NCBI GenBank assembly: GCA_965214605.1
Contig: OZ243961.1
Location: 4,248,129 to 4,312,128 of the forward strand
DNA length: 64,000 nucleotides
Reading direction: 5' to 3'
Source of the DNA: an uncultured Candidatus Binatia bacterium
GTDB lineage: Bacteria > Desulfobacterota > Binatia > Bin18
Shown here piece after piece: positions 19,978-32,135 of the stretch. The notes under the pieces were generated by a model. That model was not told the DNA's origin and made no database searches. It saw only the letters and a list, made by a program, of their open reading frames with translations. Both the position numbers and the translations under genes were made by a program. Positions within the stretch are counted from its first letter, which is position 1; each line of letters opens with the position of its first letter.

Positions 19978-21150
19978 ATGGCCACGATTCCCAAGGAGCA
20001 CAAATGACTCGCCGCGGTGGATTTCCCCATTGCCGAGGTCTCCAAGCACGCGGTCCGGGAGAAGTCGATTCGGCATAGTCATCCCTCAACGTTGTACCTA
20101 TGGTGGGCACGGCGACCTCCGGCATCGCCTCGGGCGGTGTTGATGGCGTTGCTACTGCTGGACCTATGCGACCCGTACTGCCCGGCGGACTATCCTGAAA
20201 TTCATCACCGACTTCGCCAACCGGGATCGTACTGACCGAACTTATCTTGATGTGAGCCGGGCGTTGGTGAAAGCGGCGCACGGCGAGGCATCTCCCCTGG
20301 TCGTGGACCCGTGCCGGAGGGGGATCGCTGCCGCTGGAGGCACTCCAGCTCGGCTGCGAGGCGTTCGCTAGCGACCTGAATCCCGTGGCGTGCCTTATCC
20401 TGAAAGTGGTGCTGGAGGACACCCTACGCCAGGGAGCCACACTGAGCGGGAAAGTTGTGCAAAGTCGGCGGCGGGATCAAGCGACAAGCTGAGCGGGAGC
20501 TGGCCGATCTGTATCCGGCTGACCCCGACGGCGCGACCCCGACTGCCTACCTCTGGGCGCGGACGGCGCGATGCGCTGAGCTTGTGGGGTGGAGATTCCA
20601 CTCAGGCGCTCATTCCAGCTGTGCAGGAAGCCCAAACGCAAGTAGGCTCTCCGGCACCAGGTTGAGCGGCCTAGTGGTTCGGCCCCGCGTGTTGAATTCG
20701 AAGCCTGAAGGGGCAGCTCTAGCAACTCAATCCGGCTCGGCCCCGCGTGTCGAGTTCGAAGTGCTCGAACCAAAAGTGGATAAGGAAGTGCACGGAGGCA
20801 CGGTAACGCGCGCGAAGATGACCTGCATTTGTTGCGGCACAGTGCAACACCCACGCGGGTGCGGACACAGCTCGCAGAGTAAAAAGGTAGCGTGGACGTT
20901 GTCTTCGATGACGAGAGCCACTGGGACTGGTGGGGCTCGTATGACGGCAGTCGTAACTCTCCGCCCTGGGTAAGATCGGTAGAGCATTACAGGTTGCCGA
21001 CCGATGGGGACTACGCGGTGGTGTGCAAGGCGCAGGAGCGTCTCGCCAATATCTTTGACGAGTACGAACGTAAAGGTAAACGGGGTCTTTGCCCGGTACC
21101 GGATAAGTCGCAGCCATTGAGAGGGACGCTGGGATTTCGCAGACAGCTGT
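19978..21150 (+). pseudogene. DUF1156 adenine-MTase-like protein, multiply frameshifted
   Basis: [55 protein letters not shown]. Confidence 0.85.
20676..20761. repeat. Imperfect 28-bp direct repeat around a 30-bp insert
   Basis: GGTTCGGCCCCGCGTGTTGAATTCGAAG (20676-20703) vs GGCTCGGCCCCGCGTGTCGAGTTCGAAG (20734-20761), 3 mismatches. Confidence 0.8.
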
Positions 21151-21473
21151 AGGGCATGCTCCAGGGAAAGGCGGGGAGTTGGTGGTTCCGGACTCTGGTA
21201 CCGCTCGCGCTCGGGTGCCGGACGCTCTGGCATTTTAGCTATCGCAGAACGGCATGGGGGGCGCTCGGCGCAGCAGCCTCCCTGGTGGCTGGGCTACTGA
21301 GCCCGAGAGCGATCGCGGTTTACGCGATCGTATTCAGCCTTCCGGTGTGGGCCGCGTGGCGGGGCTGAGTCAGGAGGACAGCGGGCCGAGCTCAGCAGGA
21401 CCGTGGGTACACGGATTGTTCAAGAGGGGTCGGTCGCGGCGATACGCAGCCGGCCGCCGGTGTCCGAACGCGG

Positions 21474-21753
21474 CTAGGATGACGAGTCGATGTCACGGCC
21501 GAGCACTGTCAGGAGGCGCAGCAGATGCTCAAGCGGGTACTCGCGAAAGTCGCTCCGCAAGAGCCGAGAGACATCGGGCTGAGACAGTCCGAGCAAGCGC
21601 GCGGCCTCGGTCCGGGCGATGCCACGCTGACGGACGATGGCGTCGATGCGGCCGACGAGCTCTGCCTTCAGCAGGTGCACTTCAGCGTCGGGAAGGCCAA
21701 GGGTCCGCGAAGACGTTGCTGCTGCGTTCGACGGCTGGGTCGGATGTGGTCAT
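21474..21753 (-). pseudogene. HigA-like XRE HTH antitoxin, frameshifted
   Basis: SSNVFAD(fs)..KAELV..EAARLLGLSQPDVSRLL..LLRLLTVLGRDI. Confidence 0.75.
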
Positions 21754-21772
21754 GGTCCTAGCCATAGGTGTC

Positions 21773-21945
21773 CTAATAGTGCAGCTCGACGGCCTGCAAG
21801 TGGCTCCAGGCCAGGTCGAGCTCTTGCTTCGGCATGGCGATGCCCCGCTTGGCCTTCTTCTGGAAGGCGTGCAGGACATAGACTGCCGCTTGAAACCGGC
21901 CCGTCCCGTCGAAGGCGCGGTCTTCCTCATCAAGGGAAGCCTGTA
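21773..21945 (-). pseudogene. RelE/HigB (Gp49-like) toxin C-terminal fragment
   Basis: RFQAAVYVLHAFQKKAKRGIAMPKQELDL. Confidence 0.75.
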
Positions 21946-22074
21946 AGGTGACTCTCCAGGCAAGGCGCGAAGGTCTCTGACGAACAGTGCGACGGCTGTA
22001 CGGCGCTCCCATTGGAGGGGAGCGTGTTCGACTATTTGTGAGCATGCCGACTTTGATTATTGACGTATCTCTAC

Positions 22075-22190
22075 AGAGCGGTTGCTAAAGCTCGCCGCGG
22101 ATGAGGAGCGCTTCGAAAGGTTGAAACAGGCGTCAGTCTTCCAAAAACTGACGAACAACAAGAAACGCAAAGACACGAAGGCTGGTAAGA
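22075..22190 (+). pseudogene. Possible type I RM HsdM internal fragment
   Basis: DEERFERLKQASVFQKLTNNKKRKDTKA; weak recognition. Confidence 0.35.
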
Positions 22191-22658
22191 CACGACTCGG
22201 CCGTGCTGAGGAGAACGACAGCATGCAGGAATCAAACAGCTGCACAGCGCGTAGTGCTACCTAGACGTTTGGGATGCTGGCATATGAGGCCGGGATGGCA
22301 ACCATGGTGTATTCGAGACGGTCATCCAATTCACCGTTATCCGATCACTAACGGGCAGATGAGGAACATCGTGAGAGGGGTACGTAGAGCCACCGTGCGG
22401 TGGCAAGGCAGGGCGCAAGGGCCGATTCAAGTCCTTGAGATCTTGCGAGTGGTAGTTGGTATGGCTGTCGAGTAGTCCACGCGCGTTCTCAATATAGCTT
22501 TCATCTTCAAGAAGGCGCTCGCTCATCTCCTTATCAGCTATGTGGAGCAGAACGAGGAGATTACTGCCAAGCTCATGAACGGGACCTGCTTCCGTGAGAT
22601 AGTCGGTGTTCACCCGCTCTAAGAGGTGTCCGAGCAGATTCGGTCAGACGTGCTGCAT

Positions 22659-22685
22659 TAGGGGCACGGTATACCGTGCCCCTAC
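22659..22685 (-). repeat. GTAG-type REP palindrome downstream of BVMO
   Basis: GTAGGGGCACGGTATACCGTGCCCCTA; 26-bp perfect palindrome with a GTAG foot. Confidence 0.7.
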
Positions 22686-22699
22686 AGGTCCCGAACTCC

Positions 22700-24529
<1,830 letters not shown>

Positions 24530-25222
24530 GGCCAAAACTCCTTACTCAATGGGGAAGCCTTCTCTACCAGGCGTTCCGGTTTTTCGTTCTGGGAGAGTCT
24601 CGCACAGGAGTCTCCTTTTGGCAAGCGGAAACCGAGGTGCTGCACAGCTCGGCCTCACTCCCCCTCAAACGACATCGCCCGCCAGCCCGCATGAGCCGGG
24701 TCATCTGTCGTACGTCCTTGTGGGGCATTCTCTCTGGGCTTTTGAAAAAGGTTCTTACCCCAGGAAGCGTTTGTCCGTGATGGCCGGAAGGGCATGCCTC
24801 TCACCACCGGAATCAGGCGTGTCAGACCAGCTTTGAGGGATGGGCAGGCCGGGGCGGTCAGGGCTCGGCTAATAATCCTGGGTTGCCAACCGCAACAGCT
24901 CACTATCTTTAGCGCCGCACGCGCTCTCTCGGCCTGCCCCCAGTCCCTATAAGTCCTCATACTGGCCGCAGTACGTGCACGACGGCTGGGGGCCACAGCG
25001 CAACGTCTCTTCAAAAGCCATGCTGAGCCGATGTGGTCTTTCGTCAGTATCCCCCCACTATCTGCCCGTCTGTTGACAGCCGGTCAATCAGAGGGCGTCT
25101 CGCATTGTCGCGGGTCTATAGCCCCTGCTGCTCCGGTTTACGTTCGATGCGTAGCGCCCGATCGGTCTTTCTGGTCTACCTCAGGTCTGTTAGGCTGATC
25201 AAAACGAGAAAGGAGTAACCCT

Positions 25223-25984
25223 ATGGCAGGATTAGTAGAGGGAAAAGTCGCGCTGATCACCGGAGGCAGCACCGGGATTGGCCGGGCCTGCGCCCAGATT
25301 TTTGTCCGGGAAGGGGCACAGGTGGCGGTGGCCGATGTGAATGTTGAAGACGCTGAGGAAACCGTGCGGTTGATACAAGACGCTGGTGGCGAAGCGGTCT
25401 TTATCCGCACCGATGTATCCAAGGCGGCGGATGTTGAGGCGATGGTTAAGACCGTGATCAAGACCTACGGCCGGCTGGACTGCGCGTTCAATAACGCCGG
25501 CATCGAGGGTGAAGTCCGGTCCACCCAGGAGTACGCTGGGGCGACCTGGGATCGGGTGATCGCCATTAACCTTAAAGGCGTGTGGCTGAGCATGAAGGCC
25601 GAAATCCAGCACATGCTCAGCCGCGGCGGTGGGGCGATTGTGAATACCGCTTCTGCCGCCGGCCTTGTTGCCGTGCCGGACATGTCGGCCTATGTGGCGG
25701 CCAAACACGGGGTGGTCGGACTGACCAAAACCGCCGCCCTAGAGTACGCGAAGGCCGGTATCCGGGTTAACGCCGTGTGTCCAGGGGGCGTGGATACGCC
25801 GATGCTCAGACGGGTCTTTACCAACAACCCGCCGGCCGCCGAGGCCGTGGCGGCTGCTGAGCCGGTCGGGCGTCTGGCCCAGCCGGCCGAGATTGGCGAG
25901 GCTGTGGTGTGGTTATGTTCCGAGGCCGCCTCTTTTGTCACCGGCCACCCGATGGTGGTGGATGGCGGCTTTGTGGCTCAATAG
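25223..25984 (+). CDS. SDR oxidoreductase
   Basis: TGGSTGIG, NNAG, YVAAK. Confidence 0.95.
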   Translation: MAGLVEGKVALITGGSTGIGRACAQIFVREGAQVAVADVNVEDAEETVRLIQDAGGEAVFIRTDVSKAADVEAMVKTVIKTYGRLDCAFNNAGIEGEVRSTQEYAGATWDRVIAINLKGVWLSMKAEIQHMLSRGGGAIVNTASAAGLVAVPDMSAYVAAKHGVVGLTKTAALEYAKAGIRVNAVCPGGVDTPMLRRVFTNNPPAAEAVAAAEPVGRLAQPAEIGEAVVWLCSEAASFVTGHPMVVDGGFVAQ

Positions 25985-26076
25985 GCGAGGCGCCTCTTTC
26001 CCTTGCAATTTTCCCCACATGTGCAAAACACATGTGGGAGATAGGACTGTATGCATCTGACCTAAGGAGGACAACT

Positions 26077-27270
26077 ATGAGCGGTTACACGATTATTGAC
26101 GTGGATACCCACGTCACAGAAACGCCCGACCTCTGGACGAGCCGGGCCCCGGCTTCAGTCCGTGACCTCGTCCCGCGTATTGAGACGAACAAAGACGGAG
26201 CCCTGTCGTGGATTGTGGGCGGTACGCCGATGTTGGCCAGTCCTGGCTTAACAGCCACCGCCGGGGTGGGGAATTTCAAGAATCCGCCCAAGAATTATGA
26301 GGAGATGCACCCTGGGGCGTACGATGCCAATGAGCGGCTGAAATATATGGACAAGATGGGTATCTGGGCTATGGTCATGTATCCCAACGTTGGTGGCTTT
26401 GGCGCCCAAGAGTTCTTAAAGCTGAATGATCCCGAACTGATGCTCACCTGCGTCCAGATCTACAACGACTGGCAGACCGAATGGGCGTCGGCCGACTCCC
26501 GCCGCCTACTGCCCATTACCTCAATATCCTTCTGGGATGTTGACGCCGCAGTTAAGGAAGTCCGCCGGTGCGCAGCGATGGGCCACAAGGGGATTCTGTT
26601 CACGGGCGAGCCACAGTCCTTTGACCAGCCGCTGCTCGGCGATCCCCACTGGAATCCGTTGTGGGAAGTCGCGGTTGAACTAGACCTGCCAATTAGCTTC
26701 CATATTGGATCGGGCAACATGGAGCTGGGGTTGCTGGAGAGTAGGATTAGTTCCTATGGCAAAATGGCGGCTTTTACCGAACTGTCGGTCGATATCTTCT
26801 TGAAAAACGCGATGCAGCTGAATGACTTGATCATGTCTGGGGTGTTGGCCCGTTACCCGGACATTAAGTTCATTTCGGTTGAGAGCGGGATTGGCTGGAT
26901 TCCGTTTGCGCTTGAAGCCCTTGATTACCAGTTCCACGGTAACGATGTGTCTGAGGAGCACCCCGAGTTCGACCTGCTCCCGTCAGAGTATTTCGCCCGC
27001 AACGTCTACGCGTGCTACTGGTTTGAGCAGCTTGCCCCACGGCGGCTGATCGACAAGGTTGGGGCTGATAATATTTTGTTTGAGACTGACTTTCCGCATC
27101 CCACCTCGCTATACGGCGACGAAGTCCACAGCCGGATCAAGGGCGGCCTGTCTGACTGTGAAGAGGTGGTGCGGCGCAAGATCCTGTGGGAGAACGGTCA
27201 GAAACTGTACAAGGTTGAGGAGCCAACGGCCGAGGACGAGGTTAAGCGCGAGCAGGCGCTTGCTGCCTAA
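26077..27270 (+). CDS. Amidohydrolase_2 family protein
   Basis: DVDTH, FHIG, ESGIGW, ETDFPH; RBS AAGGAGG. Confidence 0.92.
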   Translation: MSGYTIIDVDTHVTETPDLWTSRAPASVRDLVPRIETNKDGALSWIVGGTPMLASPGLTATAGVGNFKNPPKNYEEMHPGAYDANERLKYMDKMGIWAMVMYPNVGGFGAQEFLKLNDPELMLTCVQIYNDWQTEWASADSRRLLPITSISFWDVDAAVKEVRRCAAMGHKGILFTGEPQSFDQPLLGDPHWNPLWEVAVELDLPISFHIGSGNMELGLLESRISSYGKMAAFTELSVDIFLKNAMQLNDLIMSGVLARYPDIKFISVESGIGWIPFALEALDYQFHGNDVSEEHPEFDLLPSEYFARNVYACYWFEQLAPRRLIDKVGADNILFETDFPHPTSLYGDEVHSRIKGGLSDCEEVVRRKILWENGQKLYKVEEPTAEDEVKREQALAA

Positions 27271-27344
27271 GGTACAAAGAGCCCCTCTTTTCTTCTGTTC
27301 AGGAAGCTGCCGGGCCAGCAGACTGTGGTCCGGCAGCGGTGTCC

Positions 27345-29369
27345 CTACGAGGCCTCCAGAGCCAACGACTCTTTTCTATAGGGGGCCAACTCCAACGATT
27401 TTTCGAGATAGTGTTTTGCCATATCCTCGTATTCTGGATTGGAGGTACTTATCGTCCGGTACAGCTTTGCTAGTGCTATGTGGATTCGCCAATTCTCGGG
27501 TTCACTTTCGAGGGCAGCGCCCGCCTCGGTATTCACTAGCGCGAGCGTTCGTTCTGCCTCAATTATGGACCTGCTGTGAAGATCTTCCCAGAGTGCTGCT
27601 GTCTCGTTGAAAAAGAGGAGCCTGCGATGGTTGGCGAGCGGCTTAAAGTTAGTAATGGCCTGCTGGAAATTTCTTCTGAATTGACCGGGGGTGCCTGTTC
27701 TGATGGTAATAATGCTAGCCGCTGAATATATTGCCTGGTTCGTGAGCAGACCTGTCCCAACAAGAGCCACCACTCCCACGGCTATGAGAGTGCGAGCCCC
27801 ATTGTGCCGAAGGAAGTCTGTAGGGTTGAGCTGCTTGAGTAGGGGTGAAACTCGTTGTTGAAGTCGAGCCCAGCACCCATGGGTTGGCGTTGTTCCCCCC
27901 CTTGCTCTTTCGAGATTGGCGACAAAAGCGAGCAGTAAGATATACTGGAGAAAACTGGTGGAGGGGGCGATTGCGAATTGGCTCTGGACAAAATGTCCCA
28001 GTAAGGTAGCGCCAACAAACAGCGTGAGAACCCGCTCCTTGGGGCTGAGCCCTTTGGAGGCCTGTAGCACAACCAAGAAGGTTACTCCCCAAACGGAGAG
28101 GTAGCTCAACAGACCGAGTAGGCCCTTCGTACTAAGCTCTTCAACGAGCGTGCTATGTGCATTGTCGTGAATCTGTGAACGGCTACCGACTCCAGAGACA
28201 TACCGACCGAAGATCACGACGTAGTTCTCTGGCCCCCAGCCGAGGAGCGGCTTGGCAACGAATCCTTTGAAACCTGCTTCCCAGGCCGCGAAGCGTGTTT
28301 GAATGGTCCCGTGAGACGTGAGGTAACGTAACAACGGATGGGAGAGCTCCGTTTTGGCCATTAGCATTGAGATAGTTGGCCTGAAAGACAAGACTGCCAG
28401 CATCAGCACGAGTGCTAGCCCGGCGAGACCCGTCAATCCAACGGAGGCGAAGCGGACCGTTCGAGTGCGTCCAAGAAACAGGCCTAGCACCCCCAAACAG
28501 CCGGCCGCGGTGATGAGTCCGATGAATCCCCCTCGGCTGCCAGCCAAGCTGAAGGCCCACAGTTCGATCAACACCACGCTTCCCCAGAAGAGTCTCTGGG
28601 CCCAAAGCATACGGCTATGGATCTTCACCGTCTGCGCGGACCGCCGTTTTTGGTGACGTCGTTTTCCTCTGGACGGCGGGGAGGTGCTTGGTACGGTGAC
28701 GAGGATAAACGACTGTGCGAGGAACCCCAGAGCGATGATGATGTTAACCGTCAAATATGCGCCGAGATAGAGCGGATTGCCGAGCGTTGCGCCTACTCTT
28801 GCTGTTGGAACGTCCCAGCTGAGAAAAAATGCCTCCGGAAAATAGTAGACTTGACCGATGGCTAGGAGGGCCATCACCAGGCTGAGACCCAGATTGAGAT
28901 TGAGAAGAACGCGCCAATTGCGGGTGGTTTGGACTACGGATACCAGAACGACAGCGAATCCGAACCAATGGGCTAGATCCACTACGCCCTGCATCCGTTC
29001 ATAGGTTGACCAGAAACTCCGCTGAATGCTGACACCGGAGCAGGCCGCAAGCGTTGATGCGCCGAGGACAATAGCAAACCCTATTAGAACCCATGAGCGC
29101 GGTGGACGGTATGCAGGTTTTAAGAAAGCGAGTAACGCCCAGAAACCGAAGATGACTTCAATAATGGCCCGTGAATACAACGCCTTCCCCACGATAAAAG
29201 GGAAAATAGTCTGGGGCGTGACGACGAAGGGCATCAGGAGGATGAGGGTAATCCCTGTCCAGATGCCGTACAGTAGAGCTTTTTCCAGAGTGCGAAGCCG
29301 GCTCGCAGGTTTAAGGCCCCGTGGACAGTCGCCTGAGGAGGGTTTTGTCCATCTGTAGGGCGAGGTCAT
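27345..29369 (-). CDS. O-antigen ligase-like membrane protein with C-terminal TPR
   Basis: Many TM helices, ATLGNPLYL, GSRGG, PLLGWGPENY, DNAHS; start uncertain. Confidence 0.8.
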   Translation of the reverse strand: MTSPYRWTKPSSGDCPRGLKPASRLRTLEKALLYGIWTGITLILLMPFVVTPQTIFPFIVGKALYSRAIIEVIFGFWALLAFLKPAYRPPRSWVLIGFAIVLGASTLAACSGVSIQRSFWSTYERMQGVVDLAHWFGFAVVLVSVVQTTRNWRVLLNLNLGLSLVMALLAIGQVYYFPEAFFLSWDVPTARVGATLGNPLYLGAYLTVNIIIALGFLAQSFILVTVPSTSPPSRGKRRHQKRRSAQTVKIHSRMLWAQRLFWGSVVLIELWAFSLAGSRGGFIGLITAAGCLGVLGLFLGRTRTVRFASVGLTGLAGLALVLMLAVLSFRPTISMLMAKTELSHPLLRYLTSHGTIQTRFAAWEAGFKGFVAKPLLGWGPENYVVIFGRYVSGVGSRSQIHDNAHSTLVEELSTKGLLGLLSYLSVWGVTFLVVLQASKGLSPKERVLTLFVGATLLGHFVQSQFAIAPSTSFLQYILLLAFVANLERARGGTTPTHGCWARLQQRVSPLLKQLNPTDFLRHNGARTLIAVGVVALVGTGLLTNQAIYSAASIITIRTGTPGQFRRNFQQAITNFKPLANHRRLLFFNETAALWEDLHSRSIIEAERTLALVNTEAGAALESEPENWRIHIALAKLYRTISTSNPEYEDMAKHYLEKSLELAPYRKESLALEAS

Positions 29370-29370
29370 C

Positions 29371-30657
29371 TCAACAGGTGGGAGAAGGGTGGAGGCCGAG
29401 CAGGTCGGCCGCGTTGCCCCCCAGCATCTGGGCAATCGTGGACTCAGCGACCGACGCCTGTCTGAGCTGGGCAATCGCCTCCCAGGCACTGGTCGTGTCT
29501 TGCTGGGGATAGCGTGAGCCCCAGACAATCTTGTGGGCGAAGAGCCGGGGCAGGCGCTGGATCAGCCGCTCCTCGGCGTCAAAGCCGAGCACCACCCGTC
29601 CTGCTTCCCACAGCGCTTCCACGTCGGTGCGGACCGGGTAGTAGTGGAGCAGGGGAATGGTGCGGGGCGACGCTTCCATCTTCTCCAACACTTCCTCCAT
29701 CCACGAGGCTTTCCCCCCGGCCACCACGATCTTGAGGGCCGGATAGCGTTGCATCACGGTAAAACCGATCAAGGTGGCAGCCACGAACATATGGTTGTCA
29801 AGCCATGGTGACAGAATCTGGGCGATTGGGTGGCCGAGTGGTTGCTGGGCAGCAAAGGCAAAGTTTGTCCCGTTTCCGCCACCCGCAAACGGGCCACCCC
29901 CGGATTCGCGGACAAAAGATATCTGATTGAGGCGGCCGTTGACCTTTTCCGCAAATGGGCCGTGAGACGTCCATTCAGGATTCCACAGACCGGCCGTGGG
30001 GTGGACCGCAAGGGTCAGCCCGAGCTGTTCCAGCTCGGCCCAAAACGGATCGTAGTAAGGGTGAGTATAGTAGCGATCCTCGATAAACATGGGCCGTAGG
30101 AAGACACTCCGGAAGCACGCAAGCGTGGCGATGCGGTGGAGCTCTTCCACTGCAAAATCCATGTTTTGTAGAGGAATCATGGCCGCCGCATACAGCCGGT
30201 CGGGGGCAGCTTGGCAAAAGTCGGCAATCCAGTTGTTGTACGCCCGGGCCAGGGCATAGGCCACGTCGGGGTCTTCGACCAGGGGAAAGCCCTCGGCAAA
30301 CCAGGTCGGATAGAGCAAGGCCTGATCTACACCCATGGCGTCCATATCCCGCAGGCGTGCCTGGGGGTCGGACGCGCCCTCGGTCATGGCGTGACGGATG
30401 GTGGGGTCGAGCTCGCCGATACGCTCCCAACTCATGCCCGGCCGCCAGATGGCGTGGCGGGGAATGTTGGGGTTCATCGGGTCGCGGTATATCTTGCCGT
30501 TGACTTTGAGGTAGGAGCCGTAACGGCCCTCCTCACGCCACAGCGCGGATTTCCCCAGCGTGCGGTATTCGGGCTCCAGATAGGTTTCCCACACGGCGCG
30601 CGGCTCGACGACGTGTGAATTGGTATCAAAGACGGCAAAGCTTTTGTGGTCCGTCAT
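29371..30657 (-). CDS. Amidohydrolase_2-like protein with degenerate metal motifs
   Basis: DTNSH instead of DxDxH, GSRYPQQD instead of SDYPHxD; coupled to the upstream paralog. Confidence 0.85.
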   Translation of the reverse strand: MTDHKSFAVFDTNSHVVEPRAVWETYLEPEYRTLGKSALWREEGRYGSYLKVNGKIYRDPMNPNIPRHAIWRPGMSWERIGELDPTIRHAMTEGASDPQARLRDMDAMGVDQALLYPTWFAEGFPLVEDPDVAYALARAYNNWIADFCQAAPDRLYAAAMIPLQNMDFAVEELHRIATLACFRSVFLRPMFIEDRYYTHPYYDPFWAELEQLGLTLAVHPTAGLWNPEWTSHGPFAEKVNGRLNQISFVRESGGGPFAGGGNGTNFAFAAQQPLGHPIAQILSPWLDNHMFVAATLIGFTVMQRYPALKIVVAGGKASWMEEVLEKMEASPRTIPLLHYYPVRTDVEALWEAGRVVLGFDAEERLIQRLPRLFAHKIVWGSRYPQQDTTSAWEAIAQLRQASVAESTIAQMLGGNAADLLGLHPSPTC

Positions 30658-32135
30658 GCCCGGACTCCTTGGGGCAGGACGGTTTGCGCCTTGCCATTAG
30701 CCCGTCTGTTGCCGTTTGCGCCGTTGGATCTCTTCCCGTTCTCTCTGTTTGGCCGCCATAGCGCAGCCTCGGGCTCCAAGGCGTGTTTGACCTCGGCCTC
30801 GGTCGGCCACCAGTCGGGACGCTCAATCTCGGTCACCCGCTCCCGGATGAAGGTCGGGGGAGCCTCAATGTTGTACAGCTTACGCGCATTGGCCCCCAGA
30901 AACCGTGCCTGATACGAGACCGGCAGCTCGCATTTCTGCATCGTCTCAATCGCCCGCCAGGCATCATCCCCGTCGTGATGATACACGTCGGAGGACCACG
31001 CTAAAATATCCTGGTAGAATTCGGGGAGCCGGGAGGGCGGAGCCTCATCCCCCTCAAAGCCGGTCACACAGTGCTCAAAAAAGGTCTGGCTGGGCAGGCG
31101 CTTGAGCGGCGGCAACTCTCGCTCGTTGCGATACAGCTTGTAGAACTTGTCGCACTCGTCCAACAGAAAGCTGAGCCAGGTTGAGGAAGCTTCAAATACC
31201 GCTGCTCGAATATTGGGATGTCGGTCAAAGAAGCCCGACATCAGCACCATAGTCACCCACAGGGCAGCTTCGGCCTGGAAGTTTTGGACATTGGTCAGAA
31301 AAGAGTGGGGTAATCCCGCAGAGACAACAGTCCGGGAGATTAGCTCCGCACCCGAGTACTGCTCGGCATAACCTGGCGGTTTGAGTGAGCCAAAGGCTGG
31401 AAAGGGGTGCATGCCGTACACCATCCCGGTCTCTTCCATGGCCCGCCACACCGCTTCATACTTGGGCTGGAGCGGATAGTTGCCCATCGCATCAATGGGC
31501 CGCACTAAGCCCACCCGACAGCCTTTGTCTGCAACCCGGTAGACTTCTTGGGCGGCAAACTTCGGATCTTGCATAGGGAGCAGGGCGGCAAAGAAGAGGC
31601 GCTGAGGTGCTTCCTGACAGTAGTCGTAGGCCCATTCGTTGTAGGCTTTGCACATGGCTTTGGCCCCTAGAGCGTTCTGCAGCCAGGGGTAGGTATCGAT
31701 ATCGGTCGGGATAACCATGACCTGGTCGATCCCCTGAATATCCATATCGTGCAGCCGGTCCTTGGGTTGGTAGGAGCCCTTATGGTCGATGTAATCGGCC
31801 TGCTCGGCTGTGAGGGCGGTGGCGGGATGGAGGTTTCGGACGTTGAGAGCGCGTTGGATATCGTGCTTCAAACCGGGGCCGGCCAGGGACAAGACATTCA
31901 CCATACCAGGCGTGCCGTGGATTTTTTGGGAGCCCAGCCCGGTACCAGCCGTACCGTTCACAATCAGCTGTTTGGTCTCGGCGTCGTACCACATCGTCGT
32001 CTTGAGAGCGGCCAACTCGTCCTTGCTCAACCACTCCTTGGCCCGCTCCCAGATCCACGGCGGCTCAGTGACGTGGGCATCACAATCAAAAGTGGGAAAG
32101 TCTTTGGTCATTGCGGCAAACTGTTGGATCGGCAT
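30654..32135 (-). CDS. Amidohydrolase_2 family protein
   Basis: DCDAHVTEP, MHPFP, FEAS, SSDVYHHD. Confidence 0.9.
   Translation of the reverse strand: MPIQQFAAMTKDFPTFDCDAHVTEPPWIWERAKEWLSKDELAALKTTMWYDAETKQLIVNGTAGTGLGSQKIHGTPGMVNVLSLAGPGLKHDIQRALNVRNLHPATALTAEQADYIDHKGSYQPKDRLHDMDIQGIDQVMVIPTDIDTYPWLQNALGAKAMCKAYNEWAYDYCQEAPQRLFFAALLPMQDPKFAAQEVYRVADKGCRVGLVRPIDAMGNYPLQPKYEAVWRAMEETGMVYGMHPFPAFGSLKPPGYAEQYSGAELISRTVVSAGLPHSFLTNVQNFQAEAALWVTMVLMSGFFDRHPNIRAAVFEASSTWLSFLLDECDKFYKLYRNERELPPLKRLPSQTFFEHCVTGFEGDEAPPSRLPEFYQDILAWSSDVYHHDGDDAWRAIETMQKCELPVSYQARFLGANARKLYNIEAPPTFIRERVTEIERPDWWPTEAEVKHALEPEAALWRPNRENGKRSNGANGNRRANGKAQTVLPQGVRA

Noticed and set aside
25073-25087. FNR box
   Set aside because: TTGAC-N5-GTCAA has the wrong spacing for FNR (N4); at most an unknown operator.
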